This document shows, one piece after another, positions 35,829-48,308 of a stretch of DNA of 64,000 nucleotides. The DNA lies in contig CM074514.1 in assembly GCA_037379345.1 (NCBI GenBank), positions 13,888,001 through 13,952,000 on the forward strand. The letters run 5' to 3'. Within the stretch, counting starts at the first letter, position 1, and every line of letters starts with the position of its first letter. Both the position numbers and the translations under genes were made by a program. A model generated the notes under the pieces. It worked only from the letters and a program-made list of their open reading frames with translations. It had not been told where the DNA came from and searched no databases. Source of the stretch: Perna viridis. Its lineage: Eukaryota.

Positions 35829-36744
35829 TGATGACTACGTTGTACAACAGCACCGTTTGGCTAGCACTAGTAAATTATTCTTTTTTAACACAATCAGAGA
35901 TTGGAACTTACTCAATTCTGACGTAAGGCATTCCAGAAGTTTAGACATTTTCAAAGAGCGAATCAAATAACCTATTTCAAAACCTCCCATTTATTATAAT
36001 TTTGGGATGAGAAAGATAAATATAATTCATACCAGACTTGGAAATATATGTGGTTCATTAAATGCCGATCTTCATTGCGTCAATATAATTAACGATCCGT
36101 CCTGTAGCCGAGGCCACCCTTTTGAAGACTCATTTCATTTCTTTATGGAATGCGAAAATTACACAATTCATAGACGAACGTTGTTTGCCCAGATTAATCA
36201 ATATGACATTTCCATTGAATTGATATTAGCTGGTGATCAAAATTTAACAGTAAATCAAAATGTTTATATTTTCTCATGTATTCATTCATATATCAAAAAA
36301 AAAAAAAAAAAACCCAAACAAATCGGTTTTCATGATAAAAAAAACAACAAACGCTTCCCTCTCTCCAGTCACCTTGTAAATATTGTATGTTTATAATGGT
36401 CAAGGAGTGATCTAATTTTTGTTGTAGTATACATATATATATATATATATTTTGCCCATTATATACTTTATTATAATGAGTTAACATCTTTATCGGTATC
36501 GTTGTACAATCCTTTAGACTTGTATAATTATTTTTGTTTGTGCTCCATCGTCATGACTGGACGATCCGATACCCATTAAGTTTGCTGGTTGGCAGATTCC
36601 TTTAGACTTTATATATATATAATTGTCGTCATTATGTATACCACTATAACCATCGTTTATACCGAGAGATGATCTCGATAATGTTGTATAACTTGTGTCC
36701 AATCCCGTTGCTGATGTTGTAGCAAATAAATATGTTTTAACTAA
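35829..36744 (+). mobile_element. 5'-truncated CR1-group LINE (ORF2 C-terminus and 3'UTR) inserted in a HINE
   Basis: TIRDWNLL...IHTRL...LNADL..VNIINDPSC...EDSFHFFMEC; tail AATAAATATGTTTTAACTAA; perfect 10-bp TSD ACCCTACGGA at 35819-35828 and 36745-36754. Confidence 0.85.
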
Positions 36745-37160
36745 ACCCTACGGAACAGTTGTGTGAATTTAATTTAATTTTGTCCCATTGTTTCAGAGAA
36801 GATTTTTCAAAGTTTTACACGTGAAAAAAACGACAAAAGAAATCTGTTTCAGGGTCATAACTTCTACGTCGGGCGAAAAATCGTTTTGAACATGTCTGCA
36901 TATGTCCGTCTTCTGATGGTGAACAATAAAAAACCCTATATTTTGACCCCTACGTTTTATTTTTAATAACAGCGGCCACATTTTTCGACATTTCAAAATT
37001 TTTAAAACGTCCAGTTTGTGCAGGATACCCTTAATTCCAATTGGTTAATTAGTTTCAGAGGAGATGATGTTTGGGAAAAAAGCTAACGACGACCGAGACG
37101 GACGACGAACGCGAATGATGTAAATAGCTCACAAGGTCTTCAAGCCAGGTGAGCCAAAAA
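36745..37160 (-). mobile_element. HINE-like element (other part at ~35720-35828, split by the CR1)
   Basis: Same terminus and internal motifs as 1-1088. Confidence 0.7.
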
Positions 37161-38072
37161 GAAAACATCTATTCAAAAAAAGACAAAGACATCAAAAATC
37201 ACTGGTTGACGTGGCAGTTAAAAGACAATAAGACGATTAAGAACATTTATAAAATACTCCACTAGTCGCAGGTTGATACGACTACAGCAATCGAGCACCG
37301 ACCAGTTGGGCAAGTATGGCCCCACCACTCAAACATTCTAATCACTATCAAAATTGATAGTGATTAGAAATGGTTCCAGTCACAACCTCCAAAATAAATC
37401 CAAACCCTAATTTAGGAGTAAGGCACCTTGTGGAACAATTTAATTTAATATTAATTAATATAAATATGGTTAAGTATTTTTCCACATATAAACAAAACAC
37501 CTTTGGGTCTCTTTTTGGCCCATATTCAAAACCGGTCCGTCAAAAAAAAAATTCACGTCTTTCTTTTGTGATATGGGATCTTGAAAAGTATAGTGCAAAG
37601 CAGATAAAAAAAAGGAGATAAGTAACATTTATTCAAGTCATTTTCCGACATCATGAAAATGAAAATGATTGTTTCTTGTCCCTCACTCGGCCTTGAACAG
37701 TCGTAACCCCTAAAATAAATCCCAGTCTTCCTTAGATGGTATAGCATCTAATGTGATAAAATTAAAGAGATCCATTAAAAAATAGTCCATTTACTGTCTC
37801 CTAAATTTGAAGGGGAAAAAAAATTATTTTTTCTATCCCCTTTTTGGGGTCCCTCAGTCCTAAAGGGTTTAAATCTTCACCGTCAAAATCAATCCAAGTC
37901 AGACATAAGTGATATTAAGTATGACATCATAATGTACAACATAGTGACATCCATATGTTTTAATGGAATTATATGGTTAGAATCTATGAAAAGCTTGTTT
38001 TTTTTTCCAACGCAGTCGGTATAATTCCGCTTTTTACCCTTTGACCTGAAAGACGCTCTTCCATAGAAACGC

Positions 38073-38132
38073 TTGTCTGAATATAGCTGAAATATTGCTG
38101 CTCGGACGTTAAACCCCAAGAAACAAACAAAA
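38073..38132 (+). mobile_element. 60-bp, extremely 5'-truncated insertion of the SINE-like tail
   Basis: CTGAATATAGCTGAAATATTGCTGCTCGGACGTTAAACCCCAA plus (AAAC)n; perfect 13-bp TSD TCCATAGAAACGC at 38060-38072 and 38133-38145. Confidence 0.85.
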
Positions 38133-38729
38133 TCCATAGAAACGCAAGTCACCTGATTGAAATTCTGTTTCCCGATTTGCCAAATACTGATCATTTAGTG
38201 GCGTTCGAATAAACTGCTATGGGAATTGAAGTTGCGAGTCATGTTTTATTTACCGAATGAAAGGGTAGAAAATTATAATTAAAAAGAACAAATTTTACTG
38301 CGTCGGCTATCTTTTTTAATGAGAGTACTCGTTTTTTTTAACCCTAATTCCAGTTGGCGCAATAAGCCTCAACCTCAAAATCAATACAAATTTTTTGAGT
38401 GTGTAAAGAACAATTAACGACACTCAAGTAATCGCACCAAAATTAAAGAAAATCATACATCAACCTATGACGACGACGACACGAACAATAGCGCCATTCC
38501 ATTATACGACTGCATTTTAAATGTGGTCGTATTAAATTAATAGGTTCGTACGGTAAAGGAAGTAGATAAGGGACCTGGAAAAGAGAGACACAGTTTAAGT
38601 CGTCGTGCAAAAGCAACATACGAACTGTCTAAGCATTCCATCCAATAGTACCTTAAGAATCTTACAGTAAAGTGAAAGACAGGTGGACGACGTGATTACA
38701 ATACTGTCCACATTACAGTGGGAATAGAA

Positions 38730-38935
38730 CAGAAACGCTCTAACATTTATCAGACAATTGAATATGCATCTGACAGCAGTGCTTTAATTGTGGGGTTATT
38801 GTTAACTGTCAGCAAGAACAGCAACTGTGGTGCTAATATCACCTAATTAGAATATGTTTATAATAAAATTGGATGGGAAAATATTTCAAAATCGTCGCCA
38901 TAAAAGAAAACTTATTTTCACGTACAATATTGACT
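38730..38935 (+). mobile_element. Degenerate CR1-group ORF2 fragment
   Basis: Remnant LTFIR..IEYAS and YNKIGWEN.QNRRHKRKLIF.YNI across frameshifts. Confidence 0.5.
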
Positions 38936-39984
38936 CATGTTCAAGCATGAGCAAATATCCAACTACGGAATACGGCGACGACTAGATGTTACCTTTATGC
39001 TGATTGAAAACACCTTCTGATTCTTTTTTTTTTTCGACATAAATTCGAAACTGGAGTAAAACCCGTAAAATCCAAAATCAATCACAGTCTTTTTTGTGGT
39101 ATGGCACAATGTGGTACAAAGAGATCCATTACTTTTACTTCAGTAATTAATCGTCTGGACATCGAATATCGACGCCGATGACACTACACTACATTTTTAA
39201 AAGTAGAAAGTAAGATTAAAAAATACATTTAAGGGAAGATCTGTACATGTTTTACAAGGAATGAGAATTCCATAACGCTGGGTGTTAAGGGTTATTCGAT
39301 TTCAACAAAATGATATACTATAGTAACTCCTGTAAATTGTGTTCAATATGTTAATTTATGTTGTAATTGAATAATTGTGGAACACTTGTTCTTATACGAA
39401 AATTAAGAACTGTCGTCTTTGTCAGTAAAATTGCAAGTTATTTGTATAATCAAAATGCATGTCTTTCGTTATAACATATCTCCATACAAGTTTTCACAAA
39501 GTTTCTTTTATCCAAAACTTAATTGATCTTGCTTATTAAAATCTTAACATTGTAACTTTTTGATTCGTAGTGGTAACAGTCTGAGAAAAGATTTTTTTAC
39601 ACATACGAGAAAATGTTCCATCTCTTGTCATAATGAGAATGCCCGTTTCTCCAACATATTTTTTCACAAAAAAAAACCCCTTACTTATTGCGAAACATCA
39701 CACTGAACATGTGAAGTACTGATTATAATCGATTATGGTTTTTCTATCGTATCCAACAATGGATTACAATACAATTCCGACTATTTTATTCCACTTATTT
39801 CATACTATTATGCGTTTTTCTTTCTATTCATGAGGATTCATATTGAAATTCCAAATGACGTCGAATTTTAATATTTGAATACAAAGCAGCCTTAAAACGT
39901 TCTATAGATAAGCTGAATCTTTAGCTAAACAAATGAAAAATACAGCAAGTAAAATAAGATGTTGCACGCTAAAATAAAAACTAC

Positions 39985-40540
39985 TAAGTCGGTCGGTAAA
40001 CAGGAAGTAGATGAGTGACTAACCTGAAAAGGGGAGACACCGTATAAGTCATTATGAGAAAGCTGTACAACAAATATCTAAGCATTCTCAGTAGGAGCTG
40101 AGAAGGGCGACAAACCTGATAAGGGGAGGCACGGTACAATTATTCATCATGAAAAAGCAATATACCAAATATCTAAGTACTGCCTCCAGTACAAGCTGAG
40201 AAATCTGTTACAAAAATTCCATTAGGCAGCACCTTATGAACTATTAAGTCGATCGTTAAACAGGAAGTAGATGAGCGACAAACCTGAAAAGGGGATACAC
40301 TGTACAAGTCATTATGAAAAAGCTATACACCAACTATTTAAGCATTGCCTCCAATAGACGCCGAGAAATCTTTTACGAAAATTTCCATTATGCAACATTT
40401 AAAAACTACAAAGTCGACCTGTAAACAGTAAGGAGATGAGCGAAAAACCTGAAATGAGGAGACACGATATACGTCATGAGAAAGCAATAGACCAAATATC
40501 TAAGCATTTCTTCTGGTAGAAGTTGAGAAATCTATTAACT
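39985..40540. repeat. Tandem array of ~165-bp monomers (3-4 degenerate units)
   Basis: AAGTCG..GTAAACAGGAAGTAGATGAG.GAC.AACCTGAAAAGGGG at ~39987, ~40247 and ~40411, plus a partial unit at ~40108. Confidence 0.75.
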
Positions 40541-40666
40541 AAAGGCTCTAGAAGGCCTGAATCGCTCGTAACCTGGTCCAATACATGCAGTGACTAGTCA
40601 AAAATAGTCTGTTAAGCTTTCTTAAACTGGACTCAACAACTCCAACATCAATCAATAGATTTTCTA

Positions 40667-40759
40667 CTCCAGCAGTGCCAGAGGTTGTCTGGCAAGCTAT
40701 TTTCTGACTTGGTACTATCCATAGGAGGAAGGGAATTCCAACCGCTTACATTGTAGGTG
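40667..40759. mobile_element. Internally deleted CTCC-type MITE with TA flanks
   Basis: Ends match 61223-61900; TA on both sides. Confidence 0.65.
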
Positions 40760-40999
40760 TACAGATCTTCATGAAAATTTTGGCATCGGTCAGTCTCACA
40801 ATGTTGATCTATCTTACGGTTAACCCGAAAAAAAAAACATGGCTAAATTCACTGGTTTTCATAGACTGTTTAAAATGTTCTATCTAACACTTACGTTAGG
40901 TTTCATTTCGACCCACCCATTTGTTTCAAAGATTTTCAAAGTTGAAATTGTAAAATTCGGGAAAAATCCATTTCAGGACTCATTAATCATTCATTCGTC

Positions 41000-41341
41000 A
41001 ACGGACCTTTCTGAAAATTTTGGAGTAGGTCCATCCCATAATGCTGATCAATTTTAAGCAAGATTTTAGCTTAACCCAATTGTTATGGAGTTACTTCCAA
41101 AATTCTACAATTTGACCACTATAGTCTTTTTTTTAGTAACGGCAGTCATGTTTTTGCCAGATCAAAAATTTCCAGACAAGGATTGTTAAAAAAATACCCT
41201 AAGGAACATTCATGCAAAGTTTGGTTACATTCTGTCTAATAGTTTCAGTGCAGAAGATGTTTGAAAAAGTTGAAGAACGACGACGACGGACGCATAGTGA
41301 TGGCACTAGCTCACATGGCCTTTCGACCAGGAGAGCTAAAA
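41000..41341 (-). mobile_element. HINE-like element
   Basis: Terminus GACGACGACGGACGC..GTGATGGCACTAGCTCACATGGCC..GAGCTAAA. Confidence 0.7.
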
Positions 41342-42140
41342 AGTGTAACGAACTGACGGACTGACTAGGTGATCGCAATATTTAGAGTGGGGGGTAATAC
41401 GATACAATAACAACATTACAGTCGGTTCATATATGATTGCATATTGGTCATTTTGCATGATCAACTCTTCCATGAATTCCTTCTGAATTCTAATCATGCT
41501 TCGCATGAATAATGATTTCTCAACATATGAACTCTTTCCTTCTAGCACATATAGTAGCCCGAATGTATTCTGGCTTGCAATACACAGTTTATCCAAATTG
41601 TGTATCAGTTTTTTTAACTTTTAGTTAGAACTATAGTCGACTTGTGTTTTAATTGTTTTTTGATTAAAGCAGTACGCTATTTTTTGAGTCAAGAGTTTTT
41701 CGAACCGTTAAACAAAAAAATGGCACAAGAAGGTGATCATTGCTGACAAATTCTTTATGGACAGATACTTTTTTTAGCAAGTTTCAAAATTCATAATAAT
41801 CTTCAATAGCTATTTAATTACATTTTTGTTTCTGTTGTGTTTTTTTGTTCAGTTTTTAGTTTTTCTTTGGTTAATATAATATAGTAATTTCGATAAGACA
41901 TCGATTTCTATAGAGATTGCTACTTAAGACTTATTGTGTGTTGAAGATAAGCAGGAAACCTCTCGTTGGCTTGCTTTCTTACCATCACCTGAATTCCCCC
42001 ATGACCTTTTACTACACTCTTCCTCATAAATAAATCATAGTAAAAATGAAACTGGAACTACTGCTTCTTTCACAGGAGATTTCTAAAGATACTAGTTAGC
42101 ATTTTGTTATATAATGGAATACTAAGGTGTTCATCTGCTT

Positions 42141-42280
42141 GAGTTGCCTCCGATGATTACAGTTGGGGGACAAATGAGTTCCCTCCGATGATTACAGCCG
42201 GGGGAGAATTGGGTTACCTCCGATGACTATAGCCGGGGGACAATTGGGTTGCCTCCGATGACTATAGACCGGGGAGAATT
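42141..42280. repeat. 35-bp minisatellite, 4 units
   Basis: Unit G(A/G)GTTNCCTCCGATGA(T/C)TA(C/T)AG..GGGGGA.AA.T repeated in tandem with no spacers. Confidence 0.9.
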
Positions 42281-44582
42281 ACTAAACATAGTTTATATTA
42301 AGTTCTTTTTCCTTTTTTAGTAAAAAGTTGATACTTGAATTTCTAACTATGTAGTAAAAACATTTTAAAATACAAACCTCAAGACGATGTCGGAAAGATG
42401 TTAATGCTAAACTTGCGAAAGTGTAGAATTACTGTTTATAACTGCTCTAAATGGCTTTTTTCATATTCTCGTGTTCTTTAATACTTCTAAAAGACCCATC
42501 TTATGCGTATTTAGAGCAATCAATGCTGTTTGCAATATCGACAAATTGAAAGCAACAAATTGAAAGAGACAGAATAACACAAGATGAGATGCTGAAATAA
42601 GTTAAAAGCTGTGAACCAAGCAAACCAGGAATAAACGCATCTTGCACTGTTTTAAAATATTTATTATACGTATGCAAGTGCGTGTATTTTATATGAGAAG
42701 AAACTATTTAATTAGAACAAGTATCAACTTTCAAAAAAATCTTGCTCACTATTATCGTTAATTTTTTTGTGTATATTTTGTTGTTCAACCTGACTGGATG
42801 TTGTTGTATATACCATAGGCATTTGGTCGTATAATTTACAAAATCATTTAACTACTGAAGGATTTGAGGATATTCACAACCTAAAATAGTTCATGTAACC
42901 CAGTTAGAATTGTTGGGCGATAGATTTGGCTTTCATAATTTTAGCTAGCATCTTATTACTAATTTCTTATTGATAAGGAATTTAAGCATGCATACTTATT
43001 AATTGATAGTACATATAATCAAAAAGTATTTGGCCAGTCCCAGCTGTTAAGATTTTACCTCATAGTTGTAGTCATGAAGTTTTTTTGTGTGTATAAATGA
43101 ATGGCTGTCACACTTTTTGTGTTATAATGCCTCTAATTTTGTTTTACTATTTGAATGATTTTAGGGATTTCCAGATGCAGACCATGGTCTTTGTCATTGG
43201 TAGACCAAGAACGCATCTTCGAATCCGCACTTCTCTAAAACCAGTGAATGGAATTCAATGAAACTTTCTTTTAGTTTGCATCTTGCATCGAAAGGTTAAA
43301 TATACCATTTAATTGAGTGAATTAATGAAACAAATACCAAGCTTACTATTAATATTTTTTATAACGTATGCATGTCAAGCAATCCAAGATTCAATTTAAA
43401 ACTGAATAAAATATCATTTAATTCAACTGCTTTTTTTTTTAAAATGTTCGGTAATTAAAGGGAAAAACCACATTTGCATTGAGTTGGGCTCTTATGACAA
43501 GTCATACCCACGTACACAAAAATAAATAACCTTTAATGCAAAATGGGCTTTTATAAAATGCTCAAATGAAAAATAAGTTACTGGCAAGAAAACTGAGAAC
43601 GGACGAAAAGATTATTTCCTTACATTTGATACAAAATGAAACTGTTCAAAAATCAAATAATTTATTGAATAAAGTTTTTGTATCTAAAGCAAATAGATGG
43701 AATCATAAAATAATAATAAAAAAACTAGGTGTGGATTTGATCAGGTCCCAATTTAACTAACGTCTTGCAATGCGCTACTACCGAATTGATCACAAGTACA
43801 GGTAACAGTTCAACTAAGTGTCGATTTCAATTGTTACCAAGAGGTCCCGATTCAACTTGTCTTCGTGTCAAATCTACCATGAGTACAGGTGCCGATCATT
43901 TGACTGGTTATGTACTGGTTCTGATACAGTCAAATATTACATCCTTTAACCTAATATAATTTTATAAGCAAGTGGCGTCACTTTGTTAACAATCGTCGAC
44001 TATGACGCTAGTGAAGATACGGTGAAAAGCATTGAAAGTAAGCACAACAAATTAAGATAATCATTTACATACCTTTATCAAGAATCTGTAAAGACGTCCA
44101 TGTCGTTTATGTAGTACATCAAAAGTGTGCTGCCGACAAGGACCTAAAACATTCGATTAAAGCAAATGTTTAACAATTTTTTTAAAACAGCTCAACGAAC
44201 CAACTAATGTCCCACCCGCTCATTTTTTTAGATAGAACAAGGACAAAAATACCGCTCCAAAACAATATTTGCCGATTTAAACTTGTCCGAGCGTTTCATT
44301 TCTGCAACATGAGCGCCTAAAAGCCAATGTTGGAATAAAAATATATCCAACGGAAATTATCCTAACAAATATGACTGGTCATTTTTTTAATATGTACAGT
44401 CTACCCTGTGAAGCACCCCACGCATCATCACGTTCAGAACTGTGACGTCAATGACATTATTGCAGAACAATCGACTTGCTGAATGTGTAGACAACAGTTG
44501 CTAAGCATATATATAGGCTCTTGGCAAAATACAGGAGTATGAAAAGCCTATTTATAGGCTCTTTGGCATAGTAAGGGTTAAA

Positions 44583-47500
44583 TATGGAATACCAACGGGA
44601 TCAAAATTCTTAATCCGTAAATTGTTGATTTGTAACTTCTTGATTTGTCAATTTGAAATTAGTAAATTGTCTATTTGAAATTCGTAAATTGTCAATTTGT
44701 AACTTGTAAATGTGTAACTTTCCATTTTGTACACTGGAAATCTGTATATGCAACTTTGAAATTCTTCATTTGCAACTTCTTACTTCGTAATGCGTTTTTC
44801 GAGACTTGTAAATCATCAAATATTTTTAATTTGTAACTCGTCATTTCAAACTTCTTTGAAATAGCAGACAAATCGTCCTTAATCATTCTTCATTTGACAA
44901 TGTAATAAACCACGCAAGATTGACAAATGGTAGTTCGTACTCCGAGGTTTTGTGACGTGAAACGTCGATTCGTGAAATGTCAAATTATTCTCAGTTACAA
45001 TATATGTTAACGATCATTATGACGACAGATGGTGCTCGGGATTGGAAGACAAAATGTGGTCTTAAAACAGAACAAGCATTTTTTGATACTTTTTGGCTAT
45101 AACTTTAGTTTCACTCAGTGGAATTCAAAAATTTAAAGTGATTTTCTAAAGAATAATAAAAGTGCTTTAAATTGTTTATAAGTTTTATTTTTTGGAAAAT
45201 ATCAAAACAATAATGCCAAAATCTTGACAGGACGAATATTTTTTTTTGACAAGAAAATTGCGATAAAAGGGGAACACTCCGATGAATAAAGTTCATTATT
45301 CATCAAATGTGTTACGTCTGTCAAATAATGTTTATTCTTAAACCTTATAGTAATAGGCACATTTTGATATAAAAAATATTCATTTTCAGTCAGGTGGGAA
45401 AACCTTGACAGGACGGACTTATTCGGTTACGTGATTTGTATCGTTTTTAACGGGGGCGCGGTAACAATACATAAAATATCTGAAATTTGTTTTATGTCTG
45501 TCAAAAATATTCATCATATTCTTAAAGCTAATACTTTTTTCTACATTTTGATGTATAGATATTTGAAATTGAATTAGAGATAAATTGAAAATCTTGACAG
45601 TACGAACTTTTTTTCGGGAAAATCTTCATTTATCGTCATAAATAGACATAGAACTATATTATACGTACGTACTTGTTATGTATTCCTTTCTAAAATAAAT
45701 TATTACAGTTTTGACTTTCCTTTGAACTTGATTTATTTATTTTTATTATTTTCCTTTATTTAAATTTTGTTTTAATTTTTTTACTATGTCATTGTCAATT
45801 GTGTTTTAACTGTTGTGGGTTGGGGAGCATTACATTTGTGAACTTTTTGATCCTACGTTTGCGGACCATTGTAAACTTAACATTTGTGAACCAAATGATA
45901 TAAAATATAAAATTTTGTAGACTTTTAGTCAATAGGCTGGGAAGGTCCACCGTGTACCCCCACCCCTCATCAACTTCATGGTGATTTTTAGATACCTTTA
46001 TACTTCCCATTACCGAATCAATTTGTCGCAAAAGAATATTCTCGGATTCTTTTTCAGCATCAGCCTATATTTGTACCCTACTGGGTCAAAAAGCCTATGT
46101 CTTCCTGGGATAGCATGTATAAACAAACACAACATATTTAGGTATTCTCATGTAGCCAAATGTCTCGGCTTTCATGTCATACCCAAACAGTTGCGATGAA
46201 ACTTAAAATGAAAATAATGTACCCCTACCCCGCCGAAAAATCGCTTAAATGGGCATATTTTTCAATGTCAAAACCCCAGCAGTATTTATGCTTCAGTAAT
46301 AAATGGCTTATTTGGTATTTTCTGTTTAGTATTATCATAATTAAATTATTCCGGAGTTCTTTTGATGAATATTTCCGATTTTCGTAGTCCGAGTTTATCC
46401 AAAAATGAAAAAAAATGGAATTTTCGAATTTTCCGCGAAAGTCAGATAACTTCTACTCTAAGTTATTGCTTTACTGAAACTTCCCAGATTTGGTATCATT
46501 CGATAGATAATTTTATTTTGTACAAAAATAAACCACAAAAAACTTATTTCCAAGATTTTTTTTCAAAAAATGGTAAAAATATTACCCTATAAAAATCGGA
46601 AAAATGGGAAATTTCAGAATTTCAGAATTTTCTTCTATATCTCCCGTTATTGTCTTTCTTTCAGAATTCCGTAGTTTAAACAATCTTTTATGAGATATAG
46701 CAAATTAATATAATATCTACGCTTCAAAATGAGCATAAGCAATAAATATTTGAACATTTGAATGTTATGATAGGTGGGGAAATGCCATCCCCCCCCCCAC
46801 CCATGAAAAAAATGCCTCAACATAAAAGCTTGTTTAAACTACGGAATTCTGAAAAAAAGACAATAACGGGTGACATAGAAGAAAATTCAGAAATTTCCCC
46901 TTTTTCAGATTTTATAGTAATTGTCACCCTAAAAAGGAAAAACTAAGCGCCTGAATTGATCAGATATGTTTTATACATCTTATTGATGAATGCTTAAAGT
47001 ATGAGTTCTACACTCTTGGTATGATGTGAATTAGAATTTTGTTTGATACTGTGATCAGTTTTCCAGGGGTAGGGGTAATATTTTTACCTTATTTTTTTTT
47101 AAATCCTTCTTGAAAATTAGTTCTTTTTTGTGGTTTATTTATGTAGAAAATAAAATTATCTATCGAATGATACCAAATTTGGGACGTTAAAGTCGAGCAA
47201 TAACTTGTAGAGTAGAATTTATCTCACTTTTACGGAAAATTCGAAAATTCATTTTTTGCATTTTTGGATAAATTCGGGGGTTATCTTAGCCCACGTACTA
47301 CTTTTATAAATATTTATATAACAGTTCAGATATGTGGTGTGATCTGCTTTGAATTTCGCACAGTAATCACCCTTTCACATTTAATTGGCTATATTCGTAA
47401 TTCTTTGTTTTCGTATTTCAATAAATTCAACAGCGTAATATATCCTACTTGTTATCCTACTTTCATCCCAAAGGCATGGCTAAAGCATAATAAAGGTTCA

Positions 47501-47942
47501 TATTTTTAAAAAATTCGCAAATGTAGCAAAGAAGTTCGCAATTGTAAAGTAGCGGTTGTTATTGAGTTAATTTATGTTACAAGTTAAAGTGACATGTTGT
47601 TTTAAAAGATCAACTGAGTAAACAGCGTCTGTTATTTGTGTGGTGTAATTGTTTGATGTATATTTAAGTGGGGCTGTGTTTGCGAATTTTTTGAAAGAGT
47701 AATCAAGGGAACCAAGGTTATAGCGGTAATCAAAAGAATGTAATCCAGGGACAAAGACCAGACATGGAAAACAGACATTCACAACAAAGAACATAAAGTA
47801 ACTAAAATCATACATACAAAGTAACAAAAGTAAATGAGCGACTCGAACTTTGAAAATATGCACCTTTATAATGCTTTAGGAATATTGAGTTACAATTTAA
47901 CAATTTACGGATTAAGAATTTTGACCCCGTTGGCATTCCATA
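44583..47942. mobile_element. 3.36-kb non-autonomous TIR element with TAT...ATA termini and 6-bp TSD (IS3EU-like), carrying nested repeats
   Basis: ~55-bp TIR TATGGAAT(A/G)CCAACGGG(A/G)TCAAAATTCTTAATCCGTAAATTGTT at both ends; TSD GTTAAA at 44577-44582 and 47943-47948; no long ORF. Confidence 0.75.
47695..47850 (-). mobile_element. Naiad-type PLE 3' tail fragment
   Basis: Near-identical to 63461-63615. Confidence 0.8.
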
Positions 47943-48069
47943 GTTAAAAAGTCTGTTATTATGAGGAAATTTAGTGTAAATATATATAGCACAATTTTGA
48001 CTAACAATCTTCCGTAAAAAATAAATTACAATTTAACTAATAATCGAATATTAGTAAAATGACCAGGAA

Positions 48070-48308
48070 TTCCCTAGGTTTAGCTCGGCGGGCGTTTCTA
48101 GAAAGCAGAGCACGCTTCGGCTTACCATACCCGTGCACCTGGTCTATGCTTACAGTTTTCCGAGGTGCTCATTTACTTTTGTTGCTTTGTATTATTGTGG
48201 TTATTTTTGTTCTTCGTTGTGTTTGTCTGTTTTCCATATCTGGTCTTTGTTCCTGTAATACATTATTTTGATTTCCGCAAGAATCTTTGTTCCCTTGATG
48301 ACTCTTTC
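48070..48308 (+). mobile_element. Naiad-type PLE 3' tail fragment, more diverged
   Basis: CTCGGCGGGCGTTTCTAGAAAGCAGAG...GTGCACCTGGTC...CCCTTGATGACTCTTT. Confidence 0.7.

Noticed and set aside
42141-42280. 35-bp repeats as a CRISPR array
   Set aside because: The units are contiguous with no unique spacers, there are no cas genes, and the context is eukaryotic.
47567-47863. Recurrent hydrophobic ORFs ([20 protein letters not shown]...) also at 30535, 48059, 52696 and 63402
   Set aside because: They are translations of the T-rich Naiad 3'UTR, and starts and frames differ between copies.
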